A DNA stretch of 64,000 bases from Opitutaceae bacterium (GTDB taxonomy: Bacteria; Verrucomicrobiota; Verrucomicrobiia; Opitutales; Coraliomargaritaceae). The position numbers were made by a program, and so were the translations under genes. The notes under the pieces are model-generated. The model ran no database searches. It was given only the letters and a program-made list of their open reading frames with translations, and was not told the origin of the DNA. This document shows, one piece after another, positions 63,630 to 64,000 of the stretch; positions within the stretch are counted from its first letter, which is position 1, and the number at the start of each line of letters is the position of its first letter. The DNA is taken from positions 384,001-448,000 of the forward strand of contig JBPOFY010000003.1 of assembly GCA_051252375.1 (NCBI GenBank). The letters run 5' to 3'.

Positions 63630-64000
63630 ATGATCCCATCCATCAAATCCTCGAAATCTAAACTATTCTGGTGCGCATTGCTACTTGCCGGTGTTGCCAC
63701 TGTTGCTTATGCGCAAGATGCTGGAGCGGCAGCAGAAGTCGTCGAAAGTTCTGAAAAGAGCTTCCTGCAAATGATCGGCGCCGGCGGTTGGGCGATGTAT
63801 CCACTCGGCTTCTTGTCTATGTCTGCTTTCGCTTTGACAGTGTATAACTTCATGGCGTTGCGCCCGAAGGACTTTTTCAATGAAGAAGTCGCTGCGCAAT
63901 TGGGTGAGAAACTCGACAATGTTGATATCGACGGTGCCAAAGCGCTTTGTGATGAAAACCTATCTCCTTTGACGCGTATTGTTAAGCATGGTCTTGATTC
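63630..64000 (+). CDS. MotA/TolQ/ExbB family protein, 5' part; runs off the window
   Basis: Not in the ORF track. Manual translation MIPSIKSSKSKLFWCALLLAGVATVAYAQD...GGWAMYPLGFLS...VYNFMALR...SPLTRIVKHGL aligns with the ExbB at 42266. Confidence 0.85.
   Translation, partial: MIPSIKSSKSKLFWCALLLAGVATVAYAQDAGAAAEVVESSEKSFLQMIGAGGWAMYPLGFLSMSAFALTVYNFMALRPKDFFNEEVAAQLGEKLDNVDIDGAKALCDENLSPLTRIVKHGLD

Overview
This 64 kb window looks like a marine Verrucomicrobium (Opitutales, Coraliomargarita/Lentimonas-like). That is inferred from the PEP-CTERM proteins, a Verru_Chthon-A-like giant pilin-type protein, an ECF sigma/Ser-Thr kinase pair and the sulfatase load. Most of the window is a glycan-degradation region: five Cys-type sulfatases plus a radical-SAM sulfatase maturase, GH78, GH29, three GH2, GH35, a GH43-like beta-propeller, two SASA O-acetylesterases, an M60-like metallopeptidase, eda and a mannose-6-P isomerase. 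No SusC/SusD pair is visible. Instead there are two divergently oriented, paralogous envelope operons: giant TPR, small TPR, ExbB, ExbD, ExbD, vWA (TonB-like architecture), M60; the second copy is cut off by the window edge after ExbB. They flank an ECF sigma factor coupled to a membrane kinase with a WNK-like lysine swap. Non-coding highlights: an integron-type gene cassette with an attC-like site and no integrase in the window; a 23-24 nt mini-element inserted into the loops of several REP hairpins (filled and empty alleles both present); an 8-bp tandem repeat array with an inverted arm; and a recurring CTGTATA motif upstream of many genes. No rRNA, tRNA, CRISPR array or transposase was recognised. 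All protein calls are from motif recognition, not database searches.
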